Shown: piece by piece, positions 12,901 through 26,798 of the stretch
How positions within the stretch are numbered: the stretch's first letter is position 1
Layout of the letters: every line of letters starts with the position of its first letter
From: Sphagnum compactum
Lineage: Eukaryota
NCBI GenBank assembly: GCA_965153455.1
Contig: OZ234493.1
Span: 8,360,213-8,424,212 of the forward strand
Direction of reading: 5' to 3'
Length of the DNA stretch: 64,000 nt
Program-made: the position numbers and the translations under genes
The notes under the pieces: model-generated
What the model was told of the DNA's origin: nothing
What the model saw: only the letters and a program-made list of their open reading frames with translations
The model's database searches: none

Positions 12901-13965
12901 AAGTTGTGCTACACATTTAGGGTTCCAAGTTGATGAAAAAAAAGAAGAGAACAAACCTTTGGAGGCACTGTATATGGGCTGAGAACTTGAGGGATAGAGG
13001 CCTGCAGCCGATGCCACATTCACAATAACACCCCCACGTCCTTCCATTGCTTGTACCTGAACATGTCCACTGAGAACATGATGATCGGATCATGAAATAC
13101 TAGCAAACCCACCTCTTGTTGCACCAGTGATATGGGCTAAGAAAAAGGATGGGAAAACAATCAAAATCTTACTGCAATGCGTGTGCCATCAATCACAGCT
13201 GTGAGGTTGATGTCTACTAATTGCCGCCATGACCCTTTGCCATCCACACTCCTGTCATCTAGAAAGGACTTCAGATCTCCAATCCCAGCATTGTTGACAC
13301 AAATGTCCAAATGTCCAAATGTCTGCTGGTGCATATCAAATGCTGCCACTATGTTGCCTGCAATGGTTGCAGTGGATATATGTATCAGAAATCTCAGCTG
13401 AACCAAAATAATTCAATTCCAAACATGTGCTCAGGGGATCATGGACATACCAGGTTTACTGACATCACATTGAACAAACAGGGCGGAAGGTGATTCCAGT
13501 CTCTTTGCAAGGTTTCTGTGAACTTCTTCCACCAGGCGCACTGTTTCATACCCATGCTCTTCTGAAATATCTGCAACTGTAATTCGAACACCCTTCTTGG
13601 CAAGTGCCAATGCTAGAGCCCGACCTAGAAGAAGAGCAATGGAAAGAGAATCAGAAGACTAAAGAAAGGAAGAGAGAGTTCTTCACAATATGAAACCCAC
13701 AAATCAAAATCTTCAATTTCAGTTCTACTAGATGAGGACAACAACAAAGAGGGTTGTGAAGATGATACCTTTCTTTTAATCTACAAGTGTGACAGGCAAA
13801 AGAGGAGAAAAGAATACTGTGACACCTGGTTTGACTCCTCTCTTAACCACCCGGTTGTCATTGCAAGTCTAAAAGACCTCATCCGACTGCATACAGGAGG
13901 AGGAACCAACCTATTCCACTGGCTGCTCCAGTGATTAAAGCAGCTTGTTCTGCTCCAATCTTCAT
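6915..13965 (-). CDS. NQR: Bifunctional SDR + MDR (zeta-crystallin/quinone oxidoreductase-like) fusion, 642 aa, with peroxisomal PTS1 (SRL); resembles Arabidopsis NQR/ARP At1g49670
   Basis: 18 GT-AG exons in consistent phase: 13965-13911, 13624-13451, 13357-13173, 13056-12957, 12761-12685, 12441-12345, 12000-11805, 11331-11205, 10819-10745, 10581-10474, 10268-10173, 9893-9819, 9137-9018, 8643-8515, 7988-7902, 7568-7482, 7328-7242, 6968-6915 (1929 nt). SDR motifs are TGAASGIG, NNAG, YSASK and RVNALCP. MDR motifs are YAGVNASD, GFE, VLVTAAAGGTG and YESVGG. The protein ends QQSRL*. A 5' UTR intron is likely at about 14361-13977. Confidence 0.93.
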
Positions 13966-14537
13966 CTTTTTTTTCCTGAAGCATCCCCACACACAATCAT
14001 GTCTGCTGTATTAACACTTCGATGCAAACACTACTATCATGTAGAAAAAGAAGTTTAAAAAATCACTAACACATTGCATTTTCATCATCTCTCTCCTGCT
14101 GCTTCTTCCTAGAAAAGCATATTCATAAAACGGAGACGGAAGGAAGGGGAGGGGGGGGAAGGGAATAAAAATATAAATCCAAACTCTGCTTCTACCTAAT
14201 TCGATTCAGCAACACATACTATTCCACATCTCAAAAGAAGGCGTCTCTCTCTTCTCCGTCTCCCTGTGTCCGTCAAACAGAAAGAATCAAACCAAAACTT
14301 GGACCATAAATTGAAACCAAAAAACACAAAACCAAAACAAAAGCTCGAATTTCATACTCACCAGATCAGAAACGAGAATTTGTTGCTGTTTTCACTCTCC
14401 CGGAAACCGTTGAAGAAAACACAAATCGTATGCTCTGCCTGTGCGGTGGTTTGTTGCAAAACACTTACCAACAAAGAGCGTTTCTGCGCAAGAGAAGAGA
14501 ACAAAGCGCAGCAGACCGCTGCGACTGCCTCGGCGAG

Positions 14538-14828
14538 GAAGACGAAGCTGTTCCCCTAAATGTTCCCTGTCATGTCCTCTAAGACCTAGGTACTGAGAAC
14601 GAAGACAAAACCTGTTCCCAAACTGTTCCCCTCTCATGTTCTCTAAGTCCTGCTGCAATGAGGACCAAGCAGTTCCCCAAATGTTCCCCTCTCCTGTAGT
14701 CTAAATCCTACTGCAAAGAAGACGAAGCTGTTCCCCAACTGTTCGTTCCTATGTACTCTTAAGTCCTACAGCAACAAAGACGAAGCTGTTCCCCAAATGT
14801 TACCTATCATGTCTTTTTAAGTCCTATT
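14538..14828. repeat. About 59-bp tandem repeat x5 immediately upstream of the NQR-like gene
   Basis: Five imperfect copies of GAAGACGAAGCTGTTCCCCAAATGTTCCC...CATGT..TCTAAGTCCTA. Confidence 0.8.
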
Positions 14829-17800
14829 GATGTTCCCATCTTTCGTTCCCAATTCTCTTTTCCCTTCTGGATCCGTATATGTATGAATGACGGGTAAAAG
14901 CGTCGCGTGGTTCGCGCGGTTCGCGCGGTCCTGAACGGTGGGGGTCTGCCGTGTTCCTCTGCGTTCCCACCGTATACCCAATGTTCTCATGTTACCATAC
15001 TGTAAGCAAGGTAACCAAAGTAGGGTTAAATAAATGAAGAAACAGGTTACAGGGGTAACCTACTAACCAAAGACCAAAGGAGTGAAAAAACAGGGATTTT
15101 TTTTAATTTAAAAAAACACAAAACTCTTTCTATAAAATTTTATATAATGCAGAATAATAAGGATAATAATTATTTAGTATTTACGCATATTCTGATTAAT
15201 ATGCATAAATATTGGTATAAATATGTATTTGTGAATGTAGAACAATGTTGTGCGTGTAAATGGTTTAGGATTTACTTTCTATGTAAGTGTAAATCTCATA
15301 ATGAAATTTATTTATAATTCATGTAAATGTAGAACATGAGATGTCTAAGTGCAAATGTAAAATCCTGTAAATTTATTTTATTCTATTTTATGCAATGTAA
15401 GTGTAAAAATAAATACATTTATATGGTTTTATGTGACCGTGTAAAATAGTGTAAATGTAAAATATATATATTTATATGATTTTACATGGTTGTGTAAAAT
15501 AGGGTAAGTGTAAAACAATGTAAAAAATGTGATTTCCACTTGGGGAGGGGGGAAATTTCATAATGTTTTTGGTGATAGGCCAACCAAATGGTTGGCCCAT
15601 TAAAAAGAAAAAAAAACTATTAAAACATTTGTGCTTTGGGATGTACCACAATTAATTAAATTAATTAATATGAATCACAATAAATACCTAAGTTCTTGTG
15701 AAAGCTACAATAAGTACAATATTTATATAAGTAATACTCAATAATAACTTTTATAATATCTTTTATTATGGAGTACTGCTTATAAAAGTAGTAGTAATAA
15801 TAAAAGTTGTACCCAAGCAATGAGGTGGGGTGAAATGTTCATACCAAATATTTCTTAAAATAATACCAGTATAGTCCCATATTGGTAGAAAATGCTAATG
15901 TTTGGGGAATATCAAAATATAATGAATTTTTTTTTTGGTGAAGGACCAATCAAAGTGGCCCATTACAAATAATAAATTAAAAAATTGAGCTTTGGGATAC
16001 ACCCACAACTAATTAGTCAGAAATTCTTCACTCCTATTTGTATCTATTTGTTGATCCCCCCCCCCTCCCTTCCCCCCTCAATTGTAGCCAGAATTTCAGG
16101 AATTTATTAATTTACTTCCAAAATGAAAATGACAAAATATATCATGCCAAAAATGCCTACATATATATGCCAAAAATATGCTGAAAAATGACCAACATTT
16201 ATCATATTCACAAGGTAAATTGTAACATGTATAATTTTTTTCATATAATTGAAATTTTTGTGTCTATCTATGTTTGTGAAACTTACATACCTTCCTTACA
16301 AACCTATTCCTTCCTTGTCCATTTACTAGTGGTCCATTGTACAATTTTTCTCCCTATATCAATCAAATTCAACCTCCCTCTTTACTTTCCAACTAAAAAT
16401 GCATATCCTTTTCCAACAAGACTTTTATTAATTTTGAATTCCTAACTTTACATGCTTCCAATGTTTAATAACTTTGTTACATGATGATGAAGGGCAATCA
16501 TCCCAATTTTCAACTTGCCATGCCATAATACAAGAGAGATGTCATCACTTTTATGGAGAAACATTTTGTCACACTTTTATTTTAATCTACCGCTAGGTTT
16601 GTCAAAATCATAGTGATCGGAATCTCTTTAATCCCAATAGTAATCAAAACCTTGAAAACTTAACATAAATTTCTTGACTTCTCACAATTAAAATTAGAGT
16701 GTGCAAGCCTTGTGGTGGTTGGGACGAAACAACACAAGTAACATGCCTTTCTTCATCACCTCAATTTTACACAAAGAAAGAAAGAAGATGGTTAATGTAT
16801 ATTTATATCAAAATTAAGTCACGAACTTATCCCAAATTCACAAATACTCATCGCAATGTGAATTCTTACATTCAAAGAAATTTGTTTGTGAAAAAAAAAG
16901 GAGAATGTTATTTAATATTGAAGAATATTAAATTTCCCAAATGAAACCTTCAAAGTTAATTAATCATTTAATAAACATGTGTTGAAGTCGCCCTTGTACT
17001 ACAATAATGTGTTTTTATGTTTTTGACTCAAATACATTAGATTTATGATAAAGTCACTCATCCCAATACTATCCTAGATGAAATGGACTTACCATCAAAG
17101 TTTTTTATGGAACCTTAGTAAAAACCCAATTGTGGGAAAACCATTTTTAAGTTTTCAAATTTTTGAAGGCTATTACCATTCAAAATTCATTAACTTTTGT
17201 TCCATTAGTGGAACACCCAAAGTTTTTTCTTTTTCTCAATTGAAAGGAATCAATTTGATTAGCCCATCACCAAAAATAAACCATTGCAATGCATTCCCCA
17301 AAATAGAAGTGTTTTTCTTTGGCTCACGTTTAAATATTATGCAAATTTAACTTTGGACAACATTTATGGAATACCATGTGGGGTGAAAGTATGAATGGGT
17401 GGAATCAGAAACAATCACCTTAAGGAATGGTTAAGGAACTAAAGTTGGCCAAATAATATTCATGGGTCATTTATTTTTTTTAAATCATATTTATTCATTG
17501 CATTACAAAGTATATTGCCTTAACTTTTCATTGGAATGAAAATAGGTGGGAATTGCTACAAAGTATTTACCAAAACATTTAATGAAATTTGTTTTTTACA
17601 TGTTCCTATAATTTAAAAAATTTAATGGGTCCGATAAAATGAAAGTGCGATGTTCCTTGTGGTACCACCCAATCTCACTTTCACCCTATGGGCTATTGGA
17701 AATATCTTGGAAAGCACACTTGAAACACCAAAATCCAAAAAGATTGAACACAACACCCCCCCCCCCCCCCCCCCTTTTTCAAGCCCCAAAGAAAAAAAAT

Positions 17801-19399
17801 GGACATATTGGGATGCATTTGTGTTTTATCATTGACTACATAAAAAAATTATTTCTAATGTGTGTGTGTGTATGTGTGTGTTTCTATTATAATAATGTCA
17901 TTTGAGTAATGAAATAATTTGTATTATAACATATTGTTATTTATGTTATTTTTGACATAGTGGTGTCATATTTCCACAAATTTTCATTTCAAGGTTTAAA
18001 GGATTATTTATTCACAAAATTAACTTGAAGGCCTTAGGTAAACAAATAATGTTTTTTGGGGTAATGCAATTTGGAAAAAATGGGAATGAAAATGTATTCA
18101 TATACTTAAATGTCATGAAGAATTGAAAGGCATTAAACTAAATTTGGGCATTAAATGGTGTAAACCCATGAAGGTAACAAGCTTGAAGTAACACAACTTT
18201 TCAGGACATTAAACCTTAAACCTTGGGCCCTTGGACAATGATTTTCACTACTAAAAAAGCCCCAAACACATTTCTTCATGAATATCTATGCATATTACAA
18301 GATAGTGAACATGCATTGTTGGATTTTAACAACACAATGTAAAGAATAAGTTATAAAAACTTTAAACTGTTTGATAAACATATGAACAAGATTGAACATA
18401 TGGAAAAAAACCAATGTAAAATGGGGTAGTTCTTGCCCAAATCTAGGGCAAAATTTTGAAGGCTCAAAATAAAATAATAAAACATTAGACAAAGGTTTAT
18501 ATGTTAGCTATCATGTGTCTAAATTTCAATGCACACAAGATTAAAATGATTCAAATTCAACATTTTCGACAAACGAATGTTCATGTGAATTTGATCTTTG
18601 AAAAAATTCATATTGCGCAACTAGTCCATCATTGTCCAACAAACAAAAGAAAATTTGTGAATGACTAAAACACTACCTACATTGCAATATGCAGGGTTAG
18701 GCCAAATCTTGTTATGGACAACGCCAACTATTGTTGTTACCTTCTTTTTACTTTAGCATATTTAGTTGTTCATGGCTTGAACCCATAAATTCAACTCCCA
18801 TAAGGGGCACATATTGTTTTTATCATAAATGTTTGGAATGCACACTCCCTATGCATGCATTGGGTATCATTGAATAATTTGGCACATTGGGTATCTCAAA
18901 TAAATTAAAAAGACACAATTATTTTAATAGATTCCCCTTATCCCTACCCCTATGAAGAATAACAAGTTTTTGATGTAAGCATGTGCTTTCTCATGCCCCA
19001 TTTATGCCTACACATATTGCCCTACCTATAATGGAAATGTTGATTAGTTGGGGTTTAGCTAACCCCTAGGTGGCTACTTTTTCACATATGTGAAACTCAT
19101 TACATGTGATCCTCCCTAAATATATTTGGATCTACTCAAGTAGCAAACCATTTGGAAAGACATTGAACTTGTGCACCCAATTAAAAAAAATATTGAAAAA
19201 AATTCTAATGATTCGAAACATTTAAACCTCAAAAAAAACTAGGTCTAGTTGTTTAGGCATTTAGGGGTTAATGGTAACATTGTTGGTTGTAAGTTTTTCA
19301 TTTTTCTTGATATTCCAATGCTATTTAACATGGGACGTGGTAATTACAATAACAACTAATTCAACAAAATGCATGGTGGTTGATAGCGACCAAAGAACC

Positions 19400-22300
19400 A
19401 AATGAACCTTAATCGGTGCTACAAGTTTGGGGTTTTGGAATTATAGTTGTTTTTTAAATTGTTGGGAATGTGAATGGACCTACCCCGAATGCTTGCCAAC
19501 TAGTACTATTGATGGTAACTTTTGGATATGGACACAACATCAAATTTTCAAGCTTTGGGAACGTTCCTTGCAACTAGGTCCAAATGTTACAAATAAATGG
19601 CATGCATATCATACCGATGACAAATGTTTCATTAAAATTAATGAAATAATTAATTTTTTTGACTATTGGAAATGGGGTACCAATAGTGCAACCATCAAAA
19701 GTGGTGGTGCCCATATTTCTACTAATGTCAAGGTCTTTTATCAACATTCAACCTTGTTGTGGAATTGTTTCGTGAGTTGTGAAAAATTTATCAAGGGTTC
19801 CAGATTGAAAAGTTGTGAAATTTACAAGAATTCCAACATAAAACACATGAGAGCTTGTGAAAAACATGGATGAATGATACAATTGATCAATGTGTCCCGA
19901 CGGGTCAAATAAATGCAAGGTTGTCTAGTTTTGGTATGGAATTTTATACAAGGAGCTTAAACAAAAGGTGGAGGATGTCATGTTCCTTCAACCAAGACAA
20001 CCAACTCTAGCAAATGTGTTCATTTTATTGGAACACATCAAGCTTAATATGATAGAAGAATGTGTGGATGAATTCAGGTTTAGTAAGGATAATTCAAAAA
20101 AAAATTTAACACCATCGACTCAACAATCATGTGGCCAACAAAATAAGGTCACATCAACAAAAACCAAAGGGGTCAAACAAGAATTAGGTGACGTTTCCCC
20201 ATCATATTCCATCGAACACAAGGATGAAAACAAATGTCAAATTGTGATGGGCCACAATGAAAGTGGGATTACCATAATCCATTTCAAGCCATGACCTCAC
20301 ACCTTAACTTTAACCAACCATGTTTTCCTTATAATACATATGGGAATGATGCAAATAATTATTTCAAATTTCATCCAAAATTGTGATAGGGTTAATCATA
20401 GATTGCCAATGTTAGTAAAAACCAAGGTTTTAGAAAAGGCCATAAGGGAAAAGGGGTGACCAACAAAAGGTTGATCATTAAGCCAACTCTAAATTAGTCC
20501 AACACCATGGAAGTGAAATTTGCCCAATTGGAAACCTAATTACAAACATGGTGGCACATGTGAAGGCCAATGCACCTATTTCAAAAAAGGCAAAAGAATA
20601 AGAAAACATTATTGTTTTTTAGTTCAAATGTTGATATTGGATATTTTTTAGGATTCAAGCCCATTGGTTTCAAACAAAATTGTGTTGAATGTTCTAAAAG
20701 ATCATGGATCATGGTCAATAGGTGGTGTAAACCAATTTAGGGTTTCCAAGTTAATCAAAATGTTTTTGAAATTACACTTGTCACAAGAATGAATGTTTAA
20801 ACCTTGAAATCACAAGGTGGCAATGAAAGGTTAAATCCTTAACATGGAGAGGTTATGCCAAGTTTGCTTACCATAGTCATTGTGTTAACAAATACAATTT
20901 AAGATTTTATGGGGGACCAACTTCCAATATTACAATGACTACAACACAAGGGACACCTAATTCCACTTTAAAAACATGCCTAACACCAAACAATTTGTTA
21001 GGGGTTGCAACAATAGTGTACTAAACACTGTTGTTTTTTTTTTTGAAACCTTGAATATTTCAGACATTCAATTGATAATAATGTTTCTTTTGGCGGCCAC
21101 CTTATGTGAAGGTGAGGGAACACCAATTATGGTGGCCCTGTTGAAAGACCTTTCAATACTAATTATTTTTCCCCAACATATTTTCGAAGTTAGCCAAATA
21201 AAAATGTCTAAGTTGAATCTTGGCATGCAACAATGGTGGTTTCACAACCTTTCAACATATCCTACCATCAATAGGGCATGGATTGTCCCAATGTAATTAT
21301 GGTCATGAATAATGAGGAAGGGGTTTTTCAATTAAAAGGGCATTGACATGAAGATATTAACACGCCCCCAAACTCCTTGAAGAACTCAAATGTGAGTCCC
21401 AAAATGAAATAATGGAAAAAAAAAAGAATTGGGGCACGTTCCTTAGTTTGTAACATTTCGGGGGTAGGAAGGCATGTTAAAGCTCTAGGATGGGACTAGG
21501 ATGAATTGACAAGCAAGAGTTCAAGATGAAATCAACTTGCACAACCAAGGAAAGAGGGCGGTTAGTGCAGTTGAATGCAAGTGATGCAATGAACTTAATA
21601 GAAACAATTTCAAGCACAAGTTTTACATGGCCCACAACCTTTGAGAAGAAGCACCACTCCCCTCCCTATAATATAATTTTTTATTCTTTCCGGGGGCTAC
21701 ATCCAAATGCCACTTTTTCCCGAGACTCCCAAGTGGGAGTCCCAAAACTGGGACCCTTGTTGTTTCAAAACTTTGGACATGCATATCTTCCTCCAAAAAA
21801 GTTTTTGGAGCATGTGAAGGAAATATTTTATAGCCCTCAAAAAGATCTTTCCAATAGTGTATTGCACGCCCTAATCAGAGATATTTTACCCCTAATCTAA
21901 GGAGATTTGTGGTGGAAAATCAAATTCCCAATTTGACTCTTAACACTTTTTTTTATCATAATTCATACATTCTAAGTCTAAATGAACAATGTGAGGGAAT
22001 TTTAGACATCTACACTTCAAGACCTTTCCAATGGTATCCTAAGGGTCCAATTTGGTGTTTTTCAACCAAGGCTTTAAACATTCAGGACTCCCACACAAAT
22101 GTAACTTGGGAGTCGTTGGGCTCCATCTTTTGCACTCTCTTTCATTTGTGAAAATGTGTTTTACCTTAACACACTTTCTTGACTTCATGGGCCCTTGCAT
22201 TCTACACTTAGTCGCGAACCCAATGTTAGGGTTGCAACAAGTATTGTCCTCAAAATAATGTTGAATTCAGGTGTTCAACCATTGATGTTAAGTAAGGTAG

Positions 22301-23455
22301 GAATTGAAGGTCTTGGATTAACTAATTTTAATCTTGACCCATGTTTGTACTGAATTTTGACAACAATAGGTGGATTAGAAAAAAAGCTCAAGGATTAACC
22401 AAACAAAAAATTGTGATTTATGTTAATCCCTTGACAAATTAACAAACCATACCATAGTGTAAGCTTGAGTAGTAATTACAAATGCCATGTTTTATGACGT
22501 ATTGGTTGCAAGAACAATTTTGTATCCTTTAAGAGATGCCATCAACTTTCGAAAGAAAACCACATATTACTAACCAAGATGGTAAACATGACACAATCGT
22601 AAGGTTTCACTATCAACACAAGATTTATTGAAAGGCAAACACAGTAATTTAATAAGTTGACTATGTTGGCTAGATTTTCAAGCCTTCCACATGGGTTTGA
22701 ATTATTAGAAGATAACATTCATGACCAAGATGAATCATTTAATGGTGAAATCAAAATGTCAGGGTCACATGACATGCCTTTCACCCAAGAATTGACATTG
22801 GATCCTAACCCACCATGGGGCACATTGGTTGAATTCCAAGCATCAATTAATCATTACATTCATTAGGTTTGACACATTTTGTCATCATTAAGCCCATAGT
22901 TACTCATGCCCATTGGTCCATAGATATAATGCACCATCAAGATTGAACCCATTGAATACCAATGTTATCCAATGGCACATTCCCAAGGACTAAAATATGC
23001 CTATTAAAGTTGTTTGGAACCATTAGTTCAAGTTTGATTGTAGTATTGCAATATAATATCAAGGCTGGATGATACCACTTTGTGGAGAAGGATCCACAAG
23101 TTAGGGAAACCTCCATACGCCACATTATGATGTTGTAGCAAAAATACCCAAATTTGTTACCAACATAGATAACTCAAGGTTACTAGCATTCCCTTTCAAT
23201 CAAATTTGGATAGGATTGGACTAATTGTTTTGGTCATTTTAGGATGGTCATGTTAAGGGCTTTCACAAGCTGGCATAAGCCAAGGCCTTTTAAACTGAAC
23301 GAATTTTAGTGCAAATTATAAACATTAACTGCTTCACCTAGATGTTTGGTTTATTATTGATTGAACAAGGACATTTTACCCAAATCTACCCACCCACTTA
23401 TTCACATTTGCACCTTTAGTTAAAATAAGTTTATCGATGCAAAGGGGGGGGGGGT
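19400..23455 (+). mobile_element. Highly decayed LTR-retrotransposon-like remnant (gag/protease-like traces), interrupted by a solo LTR
   Basis: Broken coding-like stretches, an aspartic-protease-like IMLNSGVQPLMLSK at about 22255-22300, and a polypurine tract AAAGGGGGGGGGGG followed by TG at about 23441-23456. No intact ORF, and boundaries are uncertain. Confidence 0.35.
21358..22239 (+). mobile_element. Solo LTR (older copy of the family at 48171-49080)
   Basis: Colinear similarity to 48171-49080 from TAACACGCCCCCAAA to GTCGCGAACCCAATGTTAGGGTTGCAACA. Flanks GATAT/AGTAT look like a degenerate 5-bp TSD. Confidence 0.75.
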
Positions 23456-23859
23456 GATGTTACATCAATTTGAGTTGTACATCCTTGGAAGTTATGGGAT
23501 TAGGAATGCCAAGGAGGATGTATGGGTGTTGGGTGAAATGTTGGTGATGTGAAGGCATTAAGACAATCTAGCACCTCCCCATTTCACGTGTAATAATCAT
23601 AGGCCATGTTCTCATCCTTGGGCAATGGAGATAATTCATTGTCCCAACCCAAGGTGTAGGTGATTACAAAAACATGGGAGCTAAAGATTGGCCTAGTGGT
23701 TGTAAAATGTGAAATGTATAAACTATGATGGCAACTATGAAATTGCATTAGATGTTTTTCTTTTTTTAGTTTGAAGGAATTGGGTTGATTGAAAGGACAA
23801 GAAATTTGTATCATTTAGAGGATGATAATCCAATTCTCAGGTGACTTTACATGCTTAAT

Positions 23860-24675
23860 GATGATAATCCAATTTTTGGGTCTCGCAAATTCGAAAGTTC
23901 AAAAAGTGGACTTTTTGGGGGGGGAAAAAAAAGGATTTGCAATACGGAACTTTTTTTTTCAAGGAATCCATTTTTTGGTCTTGCAAATCTACGTCCAAAA
24001 AAAGATTCCTTGAAAAGAAATTCATTTTTTGAGCTTGCAAAAAATGAATTTTTAAAATCATCATCATCAACATCATTTTCAAGGATTCCATTTTTTGGTA
24101 TGGCAAATTCACAAGACAAAAAAATTAGACTTTAAAAAAATATTGGAATTTTTTTTCCTTTTTTTAATTATCAAGGAATCTTTTTTTTGTCTTGCAAGTT
24201 CACAAGACAAAAAAGAGTTTTTGGAAAATAAATAAATAAATAAATTTGTGGACTTGCAAAAAGTAGATTTATTTTATTATTACTATTTTCAAGGGTTTGA
24301 TTTTTTGACCAAAAAATACCTTTAAAAATGGAAGTTTGTTCATTTTCTTTCAAGGAGTCCAGTTTTTGGTCTCCTGAATTCACAAGACCGAAAAATGGAT
24401 TCCTTGAAAAGTTTGCAAGAACAAAAAAATGAATTTTGTTGGACTTGCAAAAATGGAACTTTGATTTTTTTTCAAGGAATTCAGTTTTGGTCTTTGGGAA
24501 CTTGCAAGACAAAAAAATGAATTGTTTCAAAAAATGGATTTTTTTTTTCTTTCTAGGAACATTTTTGGTATTGTGAGTTTGTAAGACCAAAAACTCCAAT
24601 ACTCAAAAAAAGACTCCTTGAAAATAATTTTATTATTATTATTATTATTATTTTCAAAGAATTCATTTTTTGGAT
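23860..24675. repeat. Degenerate repeat array of TTTCAAGGAATCCATTTTTTGGTCTTGCAAATTC units in both orientations
   Basis: The unit and its reverse complement (GCAAGAC.AAAAAATGGATTCCTTGAAAA) recur more than 10 times. Confidence 0.65.
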
Positions 24676-25074
24676 ATTGAAACCATAATTGGAGGTCACT
24701 TATAATCGAGGGTTATGGAACTTATAATCAAACCCGATTTAACTTGAAAATAAAAAAGAATTGGAACCAAAAACGAATATCATATTTTTAAAACAAAAAT
24801 TGAAATTGAATCTGAACTTATCCCTTTAAAAACGTTGGGAATTGGAATCAAGGGGTCCCACTAAAATTGGGGAACCAACCAACATTGGTTTAAACAATTT
24901 GAATTTTAAATTTTGATGTCAAGAATCAAAGGCATTTAAAAACTCTAATCAACAACGGTAGTTGAATGACAAGGAATAAAATTAAAAATAAAGGTGGTAT
25001 TGCAATGGGCATGAAATTAACATGACCAAAATGATTATTAATAAACACAATGATTATAATGAAATATAATGACA

Positions 25075-26281
25075 CTAGTGGGTACCCGTGACCTTTGGAC
25101 ACTATGTGAAGTCCCCCGGTTTCTTTAAACCAAGAGAGACACACACAAAGGCGCAAAGCAGCTATTTTTATTTTTATTTTATTTATTTTTTGTGACGAAA
25201 ATCTGTTGAAAAGTCCCCCATGAAAACATACATGGTGAAGCGAGCATTTTGGAAAATTTTCAAAAAAAAAAAAAAATCGCCACATTTCCAGGAGGGGAAA
25301 AAAAAGAGTTTCCTGCATGGTCACTTTATCTATGGAGGGAATGTCTGATATATATAAAAGCCCCATTTTAGTCTAATGCAATCTAATCCAACCCATCCCC
25401 TTGGACGAAACCAAAGCCCAAGCCCTGAAAAAAAACTGGGAGTCCAAGGGAGACCCCAAAGAACCCCATACCCACAAGAAGAATCACTGCAGCACCTCGC
25501 GGTAGACCACATTACTGGTGTAAACGCCAGCAAGGGCCCCATTCGGAGCCGCCCTGCTGCCACCTTGGACCAGCACCCGGACGCCCCGCCGTGAGCCGGC
25601 AGTGGACCCCGGGCTGCTTTTTGGTCGAAATAAATTATGTTTTCCCCATCTGGGTATATTTAGAGGCCGGCCGGTTCTGCCAAACCCCCTTCCCAAGCCC
25701 TGTCACAGACAGACAACTAAAGGAGATATGTCACAACAAATGGCAAAGCATGGAAATACCTTTTGTAGAGTGCGATGCTTACTCTCCAAGCACCTTGCAA
25801 GCACCCCTATAATGCCACCTAAAATCCCATGCCCTCCATACTATTAATCAAAACAGATGCCATCAACCTTGTCAGATGCAAGTCTACGAGACCTCCCCAA
25901 AAGACACCAGACCGCTTATAGGCCTCAGCGTTCGGTATCCGGCTCCAATTTTGTAACGGAAACCGGAAAAGCGAAAAAAAAAAATCACCGGGTGATGAGA
26001 ACGTTCGGTTGTAGTTGATCAGCATCTAACGGTCAATTCCCGATCAAACGTAAGATAAAAGGAAGAGTTACGAAGTGGTGAGTCCCCTTGACAATTTGCA
26101 TACTAACTTTCGCTTTTAGTCACTCAATAGTCAGAGATCGGACGGTGATGAGAACGTATCTAACAAACCGGACGTAAAACCTAAAACCTAAAGGGGTCAC
26201 AAACAGACTGACGATCACAGACTGACTGACAGACCGATGGTCACAGACAAACTGACAGACTTAGTGAATTAATATATAGGA
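25075..26281 (-). mobile_element. Non-autonomous Helitron, about 1.2 kb
   Basis: The minus strand starts A|TCCTATATATTAATTCACTAAG followed by a (CTGT/CAGT)n microsatellite. It ends with an imperfect hairpin GTGTCC-AAA-GGTCAC-GGG then TACCCACTAG|T. It sits between A and T with no TSD. Confidence 0.65.
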
Positions 26282-26358
26282 TATAGGATAGGCATAAGTG
26301 TAATCCCAACCATATTCAAAAATACAAACTTAAATAAAAACACATACTTTAGTACCTA

Positions 26359-26798
26359 GGCCAATTCGACAAACTCTTGTCAAATATTTAATTAATTTTC
26401 AGAGATCCAATTTGACATTTTTAAAATTCTTTTTATTTTCAATAAAAATTTTAAAATCTGGATATTTCAACAATAATAATCTTTGAACTAGTGCCATAAA
26501 AGGGTATGTCCCTGCCTACTTAGGTATGTCCTTGCTTACCATAAATAACTGGCCATAAAGTATAATTACATAAAAGGGTATTTTCATGCTTGCCCATGTA
26601 TGTCCCTCCCTACCTGCCAAAATATGTTTTTGACCTAGTGCAAAAAGAGGGCTTCTTGAACATTCAACGAGTGATGGTCAAGTTTTGTGAACATTCGGCA
26701 AATGGCTATTAAAGTTTCTAAAACTTTTAATCTAATTATGTGCCATTTTTCAAAAATATCAACAAAATAAAAAATATATAATTAATGTTGAATTGGCC
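26359..26798. mobile_element. MITE-like element with short TIRs
   Basis: GGCCAATTCGACA at the left end and TGTTGAATTGGCC at the right end (12/13 match). Internal GTATGTCCCTGCCTAC repeats. TSD is not clean (CTA/CAA). Confidence 0.45.
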
